Shown one piece after another: positions 1 to 11,500 of a stretch of DNA of 64,000 nt. Below the pieces are notes generated by a model that was given only the letters and a program-made list of their open reading frames with translations, was not told where the DNA came from and did not search any database. The DNA is from Leucoraja ocellata. Lineage: Eukaryota. The stretch spans positions 2,914,001-2,978,000 of the forward strand of contig JAWMAR010000015.1 in the NCBI GenBank assembly GCA_036785375.1, written 5' to 3'. Position 1 is the first letter of the stretch. Each line of letters opens with the position of its first letter. The translations under genes were made by a program, and so were the position numbers.

Positions 1-464
1 GTGTTGCCACTTTCAGGGAGCTATGGACTTAGGCCCCAAGATCTTACTGTTCACTCAAAGTCATGTTCGGTATGGCTGCACTCTAGGAAGCATCTTGATG
101 CACACACCACTTAGAGGCAAATTGTTGCTGACATAACATTTATTCTCAATTCACCACCAGGATGGATTTATTCCGCTGTTGCAGTGGGCATGTCTCAGGT
201 AACACGGTGTGTGAGTAGCTGCCTCCCTCAGAAGTTAACATGCCCACTTAAAATTTAGAGTCATAGACTCACACAACACAGAAACAGGCCCTTCAGCCCA
301 CCATGACCATGCTACCCGCTGTACCTATCCACAGTAGGCTGGATTAGCCTTGGCAATGTGAGTATTTGTCTAAATGCTCCTTAAATGTTGTCAGAGTACC
401 TGCCTACATCACCCCTTTGGGCAGTGCATTCTGGATTCCAATTCTGACCTCGGTTATTAATTTT

Positions 465-1210
465 CTGTCTTTCTGTCCTCAGTCTCCTCCATTGTCAGAG
501 TGAGGCTAAACGCAAATTGGAGGAACAGCATCTCATATTTTGTTTGAGCAGTTTACAGCCCAGTGGTATAATTATTGATTTCTCTCACTTCAGGTAGCCC
601 CGGCATTCCCCCCCTCTCTCTCTCTCTCTCTCTCTATCCCTCCCCCCCCCCCCCCCCCCCCCCCCCCGTCACACTAGCTTCTCATCTTCAGCCAACAAAC
701 AGCTCACAATGGCCTGTTTCCTTCATCATCATTACTTTTTGCATATCTTTCATTCATTGTTCTTTATCTAACCACACAACTATCTATATCTCTCGTTTCC
801 CTTATCCCTAACTAGTCTGAATAAGGGACTCGACACAACACGATGTGGGGGAAGTCCAGGACAAGGGGTCACAGCTTAAGGATAAAGGGGAAATCCTTTA
901 AAACTGAGATGAGAAGAACTTTTTTCATACAGAGAGTGGTGAATCTCTGGAACTCTCTGCCACAGAGGGTAGTTGAGGCCAGTTCATTGGCTATATTTAA
1001 GAGGGAGTTAGATGTGGCCCTTGTGGCTAAAGGGATCAGGGGGTATGGAGAGAAGGCAGGTATGGGATACTGAGTTGGATGATCAGCCATGATCATATTG
1101 AATGGTGGTGCAGGCTCGAAGGGCCGAATGGCCTACTCCTGCACCTAATTTCTATGTTTCTATGTTCTATGTTTCTAACACGAAATGTCACCCATTCCTT
1201 CTCTCCAGAG
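465..1210 (+). mobile_element. Penelope-like element 3' part (GIY-YIG C-terminus, 3' UTR, terminal repeat), interrupted by a CR1 insertion
   Basis: Encodes [21 protein letters not shown]-like peptide matching 54500-54620; (CT)n and poly-C tract; terminal repeat ctgaataaggg...gaaatgtcacccattcc split at about 840/1180. Confidence 0.75.
844..1176 (+). mobile_element. HER1/CR1 LINE 3' end
   Basis: SRTRGHSLRIKG...FFIQRVVNLWNSLP (CR1 ORF2 C-terminus), 3' UTR, (tttctatg)n tail; aacacga on both sides (837-843, 1177-1183). Confidence 0.88.
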
Positions 1211-1483
1211 AACTTTGGACTCGTTGGTCCAAAGGGCATGTTTCCATTTATAAGAAGGAACTGCAGATGCTGGAAAATCAAAGGTAGATAAAAATGCTGG
1301 AGAAACACAGCGGGTGAGGCAGCATCTATGGAGCGAAGGAAATAGGCAACATTTCGGGTCGAAACCCTTCTTCAGACTGATCAAGACTGGTCATCGAGTT
1401 TCTCAGGCATGTTTCCATGCTGTATCTCTCTCGGATTCAATCTCTGCTCCCCAATTCACTCAATCTGGACTATATGTAACCCC

Positions 1484-1780
1484 TTTAGACTTTACTTTAG
1501 AGATACAGACCAGAAACAGGCCCTTCGGCCCACCGAGTCGGTGCCAACCAGTGATCACCCATACACTAGCCCTATCCTACACACCAGAGACAATTTACAA
1601 TTTTTACCTGCAAACCTGTAATTCTTTGGAGTGTGGGAGCAAACCGGAGCACCCGGAGAAAGCCTGTGTGGTTACGGGGAGAATGTACAAACTCTGTATT
1701 GTAGCACCTGTAACCAGGATGGAACCCGGGTCTCTGGCGCTGTGAGGCAGCAACTCGACCGTTGCACCATTGTGCTGCCC
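1484..1780 (-). mobile_element. HE1-type tRNA-derived V-SINE
   Basis: tRNA-like head with B-box (gggttccatcc), V-domain core and CR1-like tail; many similar copies in the window. Confidence 0.8.
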
Positions 1781-2643
1781 ATGTTCCCCTATTCCACGTC
1801 ATTATTGTCAACATTTATCAGCTTGGCCTTGCAACTCACGCCAGGGCAGCTCAGGCACTAACTACAATCTTCACTGCTTTTCAATCACTTCTCCAAATGC
1901 AGAATAAAAATGAAAATCATCTCAAGCTCCTCCTATCACCACTTTAGCAGAGACACCAACAGTTTTAACAGTTCAATGCCTCAAGGGTGCAAAAAAAGGC
2001 TGAGGGAAATGGCACACCGATATATATGAAACATTTTATCTGCCAGAGTCTCGAGGGCCCCCGAGAATAATAAAGTATTTGTAATGATTATGACACTCAT
2101 TTTAATTGATGAGTTCAACAGCGAGCCACGCTGAGGTGGTTTACAAACATGACTAGAATCTGATGAGGTAACGTCTTGAATTTGGACTGCTGGTCTATTT
2201 TGCTCATTTTTTAAAAATGAATGTGTTAATTTTCTAAGATATTTCTCTTTCAGTTTCAGGTCAGTGGGTTGCACTGGCAATGGCTGCCAAATTCTGACAC
2301 CCAAGTCCGCTCGCTCTGTGACATTGATGTGTCGGTTCTGCACTGATGCGTCCAGCCTTCACCTATATTGTGAACTAAGATTACAGCTTTCAAACCAGTC
2401 CTCCGTATCTTCCCTGCTTTTAATCCTTTTACTGCAGACCCGTAGGGGAAAGGACAAGATCTCTTCAATTTTCGACTCCGCTTCGATATTTTCCAAGGCA
2501 GGGAAAATAAAAAGACTTGGAAAAGGTCCAGTGATTGCAAATCTAGTCACTTGGTGACAAACTTCAGTTCTTCACTGAATATTAATGTAGCCAGTCAACA
2601 TTAACAGTGCTTCTTATCAAAGAACTACAAATAAAGCTTGCTT

Positions 2644-3264
2644 GGCACAGTGGGGTAGATGGTGCAGCTACTGCCTATCAGTAACAGTCACCTGGGCTCA
2701 ACCCTGACCTCCAGTGTTGTCTGTGTAGAGTTTGCACGTTCTCACTGTGACCACATGCAGGGTGACCACTCCAGGTCCTCCGGTTTTCCCTAACATTCCA
2801 AGACACGTGGGTTTGTAGGTTCAACTGCCTGAACATGTCAGTGAGTAGGGAGTGGACGGGAATGTGGGAAATATGGGTTGTAGGAAAATTAGTGGGGAAT
2901 GGGATCATTTCATGAGCTGGCGTCGATTCGATGGGGTCAAAACGGCTTTCTATGGCTCGGTGGCACAGCAATAGAGCTGCTTCCTTACAGCGCCAGAGTC
3001 CCGGGTTCGATCCTGATCCCGGGCACTGTTCGTGCAGAGTTTGTACTTTCTTCCCATAACTGCATGGGTTTTCTCCAGGTGCTCCAGTTTCCTCCCACAC
3101 TCCAAAGACGTCCAGGTTTGTAGGTGAAATGGCTTCGGTAAAAATTGTAAATTTTCCCTATTGTGTAGGTTAGTGTACACGGTGATCGGTGGTCAGCGCG
3201 GACCTGCTGGGCCGAAGGGCCTGCTTCCGTGCTGTATCTCTAAAGTAAAGTAAAACTAAAAGTA
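2644..3264 (+). mobile_element. Two tandem HE1-type V-SINEs (about 2644-2950 and 2958-3264)
   Basis: ggtggcacagc...cccgggttcgatcc head, gggttttctcc...ggtttgtagg core, (taaag/taaaac) tail. Confidence 0.8.
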
Positions 3265-4595
3265 AATGCGAGTAGATTGTCAATGGTGGTATGCATTTAA
3301 TATTTTGCCGTCATTTCTTTGCCCAATGTGAAACGTAAAGAATGGAGGAAATCTCATAAATCTTCCTTTACTTTGCCACGCTATTTCCATTAAAAATACA
3401 CACTCAATTCAAACAGTGCCTGTTCAATGATTCTGTATGACACCCCTATCCGTATGTACCTCAGCCAAGGCATGCATCAATGTACTAGCTTGATGCATGT
3501 GTTGCCATGTCCTGTGAGACTGTGCGATGAGGGATGGAATTCAAATCAGTTTCTCTCTTTCACCTTGCTGCCGAAATTCCCATGACTAATCACTCGGTTA
3601 CAAATAGTTACTATCGCCAACTCCACACAATTATGCACGAGTTCAACTGAATGTCAACCCCGCTTTAAATTAAAAGGCTTATAGTGGCCGGTGAGGGAGC
3701 AGTACTGAGGAGATCTCTCCTAGCAGCTGATTTCCTTGAGGAAGTGTTTAACAATGCATTGCACACTCTTTATGAGTCAAGAAGAACAAACCAATTAAGA
3801 TTTCTCCCAACGAGGGATAATTATCTGAAACTTAATTTGATAAGACCGCAAAAAGGAATTAACTAATTGGTCCTGCATTTACAGTAGCCTCAGACCAACT
3901 CTGTCCTTTGTTCCCCGACTCATATGTTGATGAGAAGGCATTCAGCTGATGAAACAGGCAGCAGATATTCACACACTCATACCACATCATCCTCAGAATT
4001 ATACAAAGACTGTAATCTCACCTCCCAGTTCTCCGAGATTCAATTCAGCACACCTCCGTTTTCGTTCTATCAGAGAAACAGAAGAATGTAGACACAAGAA
4101 ATGTAATTCATGCCATGGCATCATTCAAGGTCCCCCTTCAGAATTGATCTGCCAACATAATAATTGTATCTATACTCCTCACATTTTCACATTACATTTT
4201 GTATTTGAAATGTACAGTACAATAGATTGTTAATTAACACTTGGTAAAGAAACAAATGAAACCTCCAGGTAAAACAGAACATTTTAGTCAATGGACTGAG
4301 AAGTATTCATTAGATTGATATCAATTGAGGTTTAAACAAAACTAAAGCAAGGAAGTCAGATTCTGTAAAGACTATGCAACCCCCTCACCACATTTTTCTT
4401 CTCACCACTCTGCTAGGTAATACAATGAAAATATATCAATAGCTAAATGTGCATGTCTTTTCCACTTCCTGATACATCCTTTGTAAATCAAAATCCTTTT
4501 AATATATCAAAGGTGCTCGGATGAGACAATTTGATGGGGGATGGTGGCCTTTGGAGGAGAGGGGTGTGCCTGATAGATGTGTATCTGAGGTATAG

Positions 4596-5322
4596 AAACA
4601 TAAAAACATAGAAAATAGGTGCAGGAGTAGGCCATTCGGCCCTTCGAGCCTGCACTGCCATTCAATATGATCATGGCTGATCATCCAACTCAGTACCCTG
4701 TACCTGCCTTCTCTCCATACCTCCTGATCCCTTTAGCCACAAGGGCCACATCTAACTCCCTCTTAAATATAGCTAATGAACTGGCCTCAACTACCTTCTG
4801 TGGCAGAGAATTCCACAGATTCACCATTCTGTGTGTGAAAAACGTTTTTCTCATCTCGGTCCTAAAAGATTTCCCCCTTATCCTTAAACTGTAACCCCTG
4901 TTCTGGACTTCCCCAACATCGGGAACAATCTTCCTGCATCTAGCCAACTCCTTAAGAATTTTGTAAGTTTCTAAATTCTAGCGAGTACAAACCGAGTCTA
5001 TCCAGTCTTTCTTCATATGAAAGTCCTGACATCCTAGGAATCAGTCTGGTGAATCTTCTCTGTACTCCCTCCACGGCAAGAATGTCTTTCCTCAGATTAG
5101 GAGACCAAAACTGTATGCAATACTCCAGGTGTGGTCTCACCAAGACCCTGTACAACTGCAGTAGAACCTCCCGGCTCCTATACTCAAATCCTTTTGCTAT
5201 GAATGCTAACATACCATTCACCTTCTTCACTGCCTGCTGCACCTGCATGCCTACTTTTAATGACTGGTGTACCATGACACCCAGGTCTCGTTGCATCTCC
5301 CCTTTTCCTAATCGGCCACCAG
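4596..5322 (-). mobile_element. HER1/CR1 LINE, 5'-truncated, with 21-bp flanking direct repeat
   Basis: DLGVMVHQSLK...LYRVLVRPHLEYCIQFWSP...QRRFTRLIP; agatgtgtatctgaggtatag at 4575-4595 and 5323-5343. Confidence 0.9.
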
Positions 5323-5673
5323 AGATGTGTATCTGAGGTATAGGCTTATTATTGTCACCTCTACCGAAGTACAGCGACAAGCTTTGTTTTGCATGCTATC
5401 CCATCAGATCAGATAAGACGATATTTTAATACAATCAAGTGAAACTAAAGATACAGTGCACAGAATATAGTCACAACAGTTCCATGGACAAAGTCTAATG
5501 TCTGGATTGGGGTGAGGATGAATCGGACAGTACCTTAGATTATGGAAGGACTATTCAGAAGCCTGATAACAGAGGGGAAGCTGTTTCTGAATCTGTTGGT
5601 GCATGCTTTCAAGCTTCTATATTTTCTGCCCCAAGTTAGTGGGGAAAAGGAGGAATGACCTTGCGAGGCCAAG

Positions 5674-5966
5674 TTTAGTTTAGAGAGACAGCACAGAAAC
5701 AAGCCCTTCAGCCCACTGATTCTGTGCTGACAAGCGATCCATACACCAGCACTATCCTACACACTAGGGACATTGTAGAATCTTTACCAAAGCCAATTAA
5801 CCTACAAACCTGTATGACTTGGGGTTGTGGGAGGAAACCAGAGTATCAGAGGAAAACCCACGAGGTCACAGAGAGAAGAACATACTAACTCCGTAGACAG
5901 CACCCATAGTTAGGATCAAACCATGATTCTGTGCCCATAAGGCAGCAACTCTGCTACTGTGTCACA
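5674..5966 (-). mobile_element. HE1-type V-SINE
   Basis: Similar to the other copies (gccaattaacctacaaacc core, cagaaacaagccc tail). Confidence 0.75.
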
Positions 5967-6011
5967 CAAGTCTTCGATACAATCTCTGAATGCAATCCTG
6001 TTCCTACCTCA

Positions 6012-6135
6012 GAGGTTGCTATGCACAAATTGGAAGCCACATTTCCAACATTGATGAAATGTACTTCATTGACTGGTAAATACTTCAGAATGTCCTGAAG
6101 TCGTAAAAAAGCTGAACAGAAATGCGAATTCTCCC
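6012..6135 (+). mobile_element. Ancient Deu-SINE (SacSINE1/AmnSINE-like) 3' remnant
   Basis: ttgctatgcacaaattggaagccacatttcc...gtacttcattgactggtaaa...tgtcctgaagtcgtaaa resembles the Deu-SINE 3' region as I recall it; heavily diverged. Confidence 0.5.
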
Positions 6136-7025
6136 TTCAATTGAAATCAAGGGTATTTGTGCAAAATGACCTTGGTTTCCAGACAACAAATGGTTAGCGG
6201 AGCGACGTGATGGTCCTCATGGTTCAGCCTGTTCCAACTTCCAGCTCCATGGCAGTATCACACGGGCAGGAGGCCACTCTTTAATGACTGCTGGCCCCAC
6301 TTAAACATGAGGCACTTTTGGTCAGTTCATTGCCACTCCTTGTTTCATTGTGTGAATCCATTCAACGATACTATATTGTCACATGTAGCTAGGTACAGTG
6401 AAATGCTTTGTTTATAGCAGACCTCACCTGGGCTGTACACAAGTGTCGCCACGTTTGGGCACCGTCAAAGTTACAGAAGTTCACCGAACAGTCACATCTA
6501 CTGCCTGCCGCCACACGTCTCAAGATAGACAAATTCTTGATTAGAACGGGTGTCAAGGGTTACGGGGAGAAGACTGGAAGAATGGGATTAGGAGGCAGAG
6601 ATCAGCCATGATCGAATGCAGAGTGGACTTGATGGGCTGAATGGTCTAATTCTACTCCTATAACTTGTGAATGCATATACATTTGCATTGTGGAGCAACG
6701 TTGGTGCTAAAGGTACAGGCATATGCCTTCTGCCCACAACCCTTATCCATCCTTAAATTCTCTCCTCCTTTAATAACAGAAGCTGATGAAGTTGCTTGGT
6801 GGATTTAAAAGACAGCAAAATGAAAAGTGATTAGGTGAAATGTCAAAAATACCACAGTGAATATAATTCTAATGCTTCTCTTCACCTCAGGTGCAAGCGA
6901 TATCAAGAATCACTTTGCACTGACCTGCTTAGATTGATGATAGCTACAAAATCAGTTGTTAAATCATTAAATCACCTGGGCCATTTCAAATCAGGGCTCC
7001 ACCAAACGCCCCTCACCCTCATAAA

Positions 7026-7295
7026 NNNNNNNNNNNNNNNNNNNNNNNNNNNNNNNNNNNNNNNNNNNNNNNNNNNNNNNNNNNNNNNNNNNNNNNNNNN
7101 NNNNNNNNNNNNNNNNNNNNNNNNNNNNNNNNNNNNNNNNNNNNNNNNNNNNNNNNNNNNNNNNNNNNNNNNNNNNNNNNNNNNNNNNNNNNNNNNNNNN
7201 NNNNNNNNNNNNNNNNNNNNNNNNNNNNNNNNNNNNNNNNNNNNNNNNNNNNNNNNNNNNNNNNNNNNNNNNNNNNNNNNNNNNNNNNNNNNNNN
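7026..7295. other. Assembly gap (270 N)
   Basis: Run of N. Confidence 1.
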
Positions 7296-8159
7296 ACTTT
7301 GTTCTTTAGGATGAGAGAGGGAACTTAATTCCACCAAAAATAAACTGGTTTTGTGTGCTGCAGTTGATTTCATTGCTATCTGATCTGTCAGAATTTATTT
7401 CAAAATTTGCAATTCACTGTGTTACATGGCTGTATAGATCATAAAAACCAAAGCCCAGCGGACAACAATTATTGATAGATTTTTGAATTCATGGTATAAT
7501 CTGGATGATTTGATGCCACTGTAAAGCATTTAGGAGTTAAATCTTCTTTCGCATTTAAAATTGTATGTGGATGGATTAATAAATACAGTCCTTTGGAATA
7601 AATCAGATAAGGTTTATGGTTTGATCAGAGTAGTGATTACAACAGGAGATGCAATGTTTGCCTCTAGATTCGTAGAAATTGTAGAATCTTGAAAGGAAAA
7701 GTATGTTCGGTTTGGCCGCACTCTGGGCAATAAACCCACGTGTCTAGATTTTCAATATCATGCAGAAATAGTTTGGGTGGATTTGACAGCTTAGCAATTA
7801 TTAAGAGCTGAAAAATAAAATCAGCTATAAGCAGCGCTTAAAGGCATAAGCACAAATCTCTTTAATGGTGCATTTAAAAAGATGAGAATATCTCTTCATG
7901 GAAGTAAAATGAAAGCAAAAGACAGGGTAAATGCACCACAAATAACCTTGAATGAGATGCCTCTGAGAAGCATCAAATGAGGAAATAAACTCTGCCAGTG
8001 CCTTTGGGATCATGTGCAAATATGCATGTGCAATGTCAGTGCGTGCGAGTGCATGTGTTATAGGGTCAGAGAGCCATGCAGCACAGAAACAGGCCCTTCG
8101 GCCCAACTCATCCATGCTGACCAAAGTATCTTGTCTGTCTCCTCAGATCCTGATATACA

Positions 8160-8680
8160 TCTGTCTCCTCAGATCCTGGTGAACTTCTACCGCTGCACCA
8201 TCGAGAGCATCCTTACCAACTGCATCACAGTATGGCATGGCAACTGCTCTGTCTCCGACCGGAAGGCATTGCAGAGGGTGGTGAAAATTGCCCAACGCAT
8301 CACCGGTTCCTCGCTCCCCTCCATTGAGTCTGTCCAAAGCAAGCGCTGTCTGCGGAGGGCGCTCAGCATCGCCAAGGACTGCTCTCACCCCAACCATGGA
8401 CTGTTTACCCTCCTACCATCCGGGAGGCGCTACAGGTCTCTCCATTGCCGAACCAGCAGGTCGAGGAACAGCTTCTTTCCGGCAGCTGTCACTCTACTCA
8501 ACAACGTACCTCGGTGACTGCCAATCACCACCCCCCCCCCCGGACACTTATTATTATTTATTCAAATCGTTTGCAATGTCGCTCTTCCAGGGAGATGCTA
8601 AATGCATTTCGTTGTCTCTGTACTGTACACTGACACTGACAATGACAATTAAAATTGAATCTGAATCTGAATCTGAATCT
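8160..8680 (+). mobile_element. Rex1/Babar-type LINE 3' end, young copy
   Basis: FYRCTIESILTNCITVWHGNC...LPSGRRYRS...NSFFP; (aatctg)n tail; near-identical inverted copy at 34749-35123. Confidence 0.85.
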
Positions 8681-9356
8681 TCTTGAACTGCTACTTCCTC
8701 CGGCAGCTCATTCCATATACGATACATCATAACTTTATTTATCCCAGGAGGGAAATTGGTCTGCCTGCAGTCATAATACATAACAGGATACATGATACAT
8801 GAAATCAAAGTGGAAAGTCCAGGATTGGGGATGTGCAAAGATGGGGAGGGGTAGAGGGAATGGGAGTCAGTCTACCCCATGACAGAAGGGGGAGGAGTTG
8901 TACAGTTTGACAGTCCCAGGGAAAAGGGATCTCTTTGAGCGTTCAGTGCTGCATCTTTGTGGAGCCAGTCAGGGGCGGAAATCTTTATATTTATCTGGAA
9001 TTTTCGATTGTTTTGTAATAGGAATTTCAATCCATTTTGTTTCACTTCAAATCCAATTTTCACAGAAGTAATTTAAGTTAATTTTTAAAACGTTAAATCT
9101 CACTGTTAAATTGGAAAATAAATGTTCCCCATTAAATCGCCGAAAGACCAACCCAGTATTTCTTTAGAGCATTTTTGTATTCCAAAGCATTTTTCAGCCA
9201 ACAGAACTATTCCGAAAGTATATATTTCAATGTGGCAGATACCACAGACCCGGCAAGTCCAGCATGTCAGGGAGAAAGTGGCCAATGTAACATTTGCAAC
9301 ACAGCTGTACTGGTGAGAAATGATGAGAATTTTTAGCAGAGAATTTTTAGCATTTT

Positions 9357-9499
9357 CCCAGAGGTTGCAGGTGGTTGCCGGAGTAGTGAAAGCAGGTAGG
9401 GAGACTGACAAAAACCTCCGGGAACCGCACGGAAACCTTGGGTGGGGCACAAAGTCTCCAGAGGTTTCCGTTCAGGTTTCCCCAAGTGGGACAGGGGCA
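9357..9499. mobile_element. Half copy of the Harbinger-like MITE at 48493
   Basis: Matches the spacer and right arm of 48493-48717; ends agtgggacaggggca followed by TAA. Confidence 0.8.
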
Positions 9500-10099
9500 T
9501 AACTCTACTGCTGCGCCACCTTGTCATCCTAATGTTCAGGTTGCAATCATTTTATGAAGCAGTAGATTGTCCCAGTTTATGAGCAGCAGGCAGTTTTATT
9601 TTCCAATACATTATAATGTTGAGTCTACTAGTAGCATTTCTATTGCTGCTCTTGGATTTCACTCCAAACAAATCATCAACATATGTACAATGTCTGCACA
9701 ATCACAACACCCTACGCAATATGTGCTATTCTCCACTCGACTCTCCTGGCACGCACGAAAAACACAGGTAAAGCCCTGGTCAATAAAGGGAAAATGGCCT
9801 GGGAATTTCCATCTGGATTTCTGAAAGCAATTAGAACTAATCCCATCCCAGTATAAAGCTAATCCCTGTTTGAAAGAATTAGTAAGGCAGCGCTCATTGT
9901 GCAGACTGTCAGCTTGTACTGTAGTTTGTCTATTGCTTGGCATGGGGAGAATCTTAAAACAGCAAATAAACACTTCAACCTCTATAGTGAGCTCCCCCCC
10001 CCCCCCCCCAACCCAACCCCCCCCCCCAACATCTCTCCTGCTTACTGCCCCACAATCAAATGACCATCTAACACGACGGATAGGCTAGACAAAATATTC

Positions 10100-10625
10100 T
10101 GACCAGATGCATCTCAGTCTGGTATGGCCATTGCTCTGCTCTTGTCTGCCTGAAACCTGCAGAGAGTGGTGAACACAGTAAGCTCGTCACGTCCTTCCAT
10201 CCAGTCCACCTACACCGTGCATTGCATCAGGAAGGCTGGAAGTATCACCAAGGATGTCTGTCACCCTGGCCATTTCCTTTTCTCTCTTCTATCTTCTGAG
10301 AGGAGATGGAATAGCTTGAAAGCTCAGACATCCAGACTTAAGAATAGTTTCTTCCCCACTCCATCAGGCTCCTGAACTAATCACCTGTTCCACACCCAGT
10401 TCCCAGCTGCTCCTTTACACTGAACTCTACTCATTCAACTGTTATTGTACTCTAACTCTTTTTAATACTTGCAGATCACACAACAACCTCACACCTTTCT
10501 ACTGTTCTCCACTCGTTCTATTGATCAGTGCATTTATCAGTACTGCATGTACTCTATGAGCTTCATGTGAGCAAGGAATGTCACTGCACCCTGGTGTACA
10601 AGAAAATAAACTAATCTGGATCTAA
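10100..10625 (+). mobile_element. Old Rex1/L2-type LINE 3' fragment
   Basis: LQRVVNT...HCIRKAGSITKDVCHPGH...RLKNSFFP, degenerate. Confidence 0.65.
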
Positions 10626-11203
10626 TTCTATCTTCACATCCCATCCCTTTCTCCCTCAGAGGCTTTTTTACCTTCCCTTTTATCTGAGCTATTTCTTCAA
10701 AGACTAGTATAGCAGGTTTCTAATCTCTCTCAGGCTAAACATGCTTCTCCCAAATTCTGTTTGGATTTATTCATGACTGGCATTAATGAAGCCTCGTGTT
10801 TGACTTTCCCCCAGCAGGAAACACTGGGAGCAAAATTCAATAGACTACATAAGCAAGAGCAGTAATTGTGAAACACAATTAATCCACTCCTGACAAGTCA
10901 GCACTAACTTTGTGCTGACGGCTCATTGTAATGATTTCGGAATCCAGCAGCTAGCTCCCTGTGCGCTGATCGGTAGCCCAACCTATCAATAGGGCTGCAA
11001 AACAACATGAGCAGTTAACTCCTTGTAAAGTAAGGTCACCTTCCTCAAAGCTAACATGCTTCTCCTAAAGAACAAGTATCACAGAATCAGAACCATACAT
11101 ATGGAAACAGGCACTTTTGGCCCCCATTGAGGCATTTTTGATGGCCACACTGTGGGAAGGTGGTATTTGCAATGGAGAGATTGCAGAGGAGATTCAAGTG
11201 TGT

Positions 11204-11500
11204 TTAGTTTAATTTAGTGATACAACGTGGAAACAGGACCTTCAGCCCACCGACTCCGTGCCGACCAGCCATCCTGTCACACTAGCACGATCCTACACAC
11301 TGGGGACAATTTACAATCTTTGCCTAAGCCAATTAACCTACAAACCTGTACGTCTTTGCTTGGGGGAGGAAAGCAGAGGAAAAACCAACATGGTCATAGG
11401 GAAAACATACAAACCTCTTACAGACAGCACCCGTAGTCAGGATCGAACCCAGGTCTATCGCGCTGTAAAACAACAACTCTACCACTGTGCCACCGTGCCA
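11204..11500 (-). mobile_element. HE1-type V-SINE
   Basis: Reverse complement of the SINE head (ggcacggtggcacagtggtagag) and core. Confidence 0.78.

Noticed and set aside
1981-2557. Overlapping 63-120 aa ORFs in unique DNA
   Set aside because: No protein family recognised on either strand; kept only as candidate non-coding sequence.
2958-3020. tRNA-like A/B boxes
   Set aside because: SINE heads that continue into the V-SINE core; no complete cloverleaf.
6835-7373. ORFs spanning N runs (also 51743-52106)
   Set aside because: Artefacts of assembly gaps.
9505-9526. CTCF-like gacaaggtggcgc on the minus strand
   Set aside because: Lacks the CC start of the core and overlaps a SINE-head-like sequence (gtggcgcagcagtagag).
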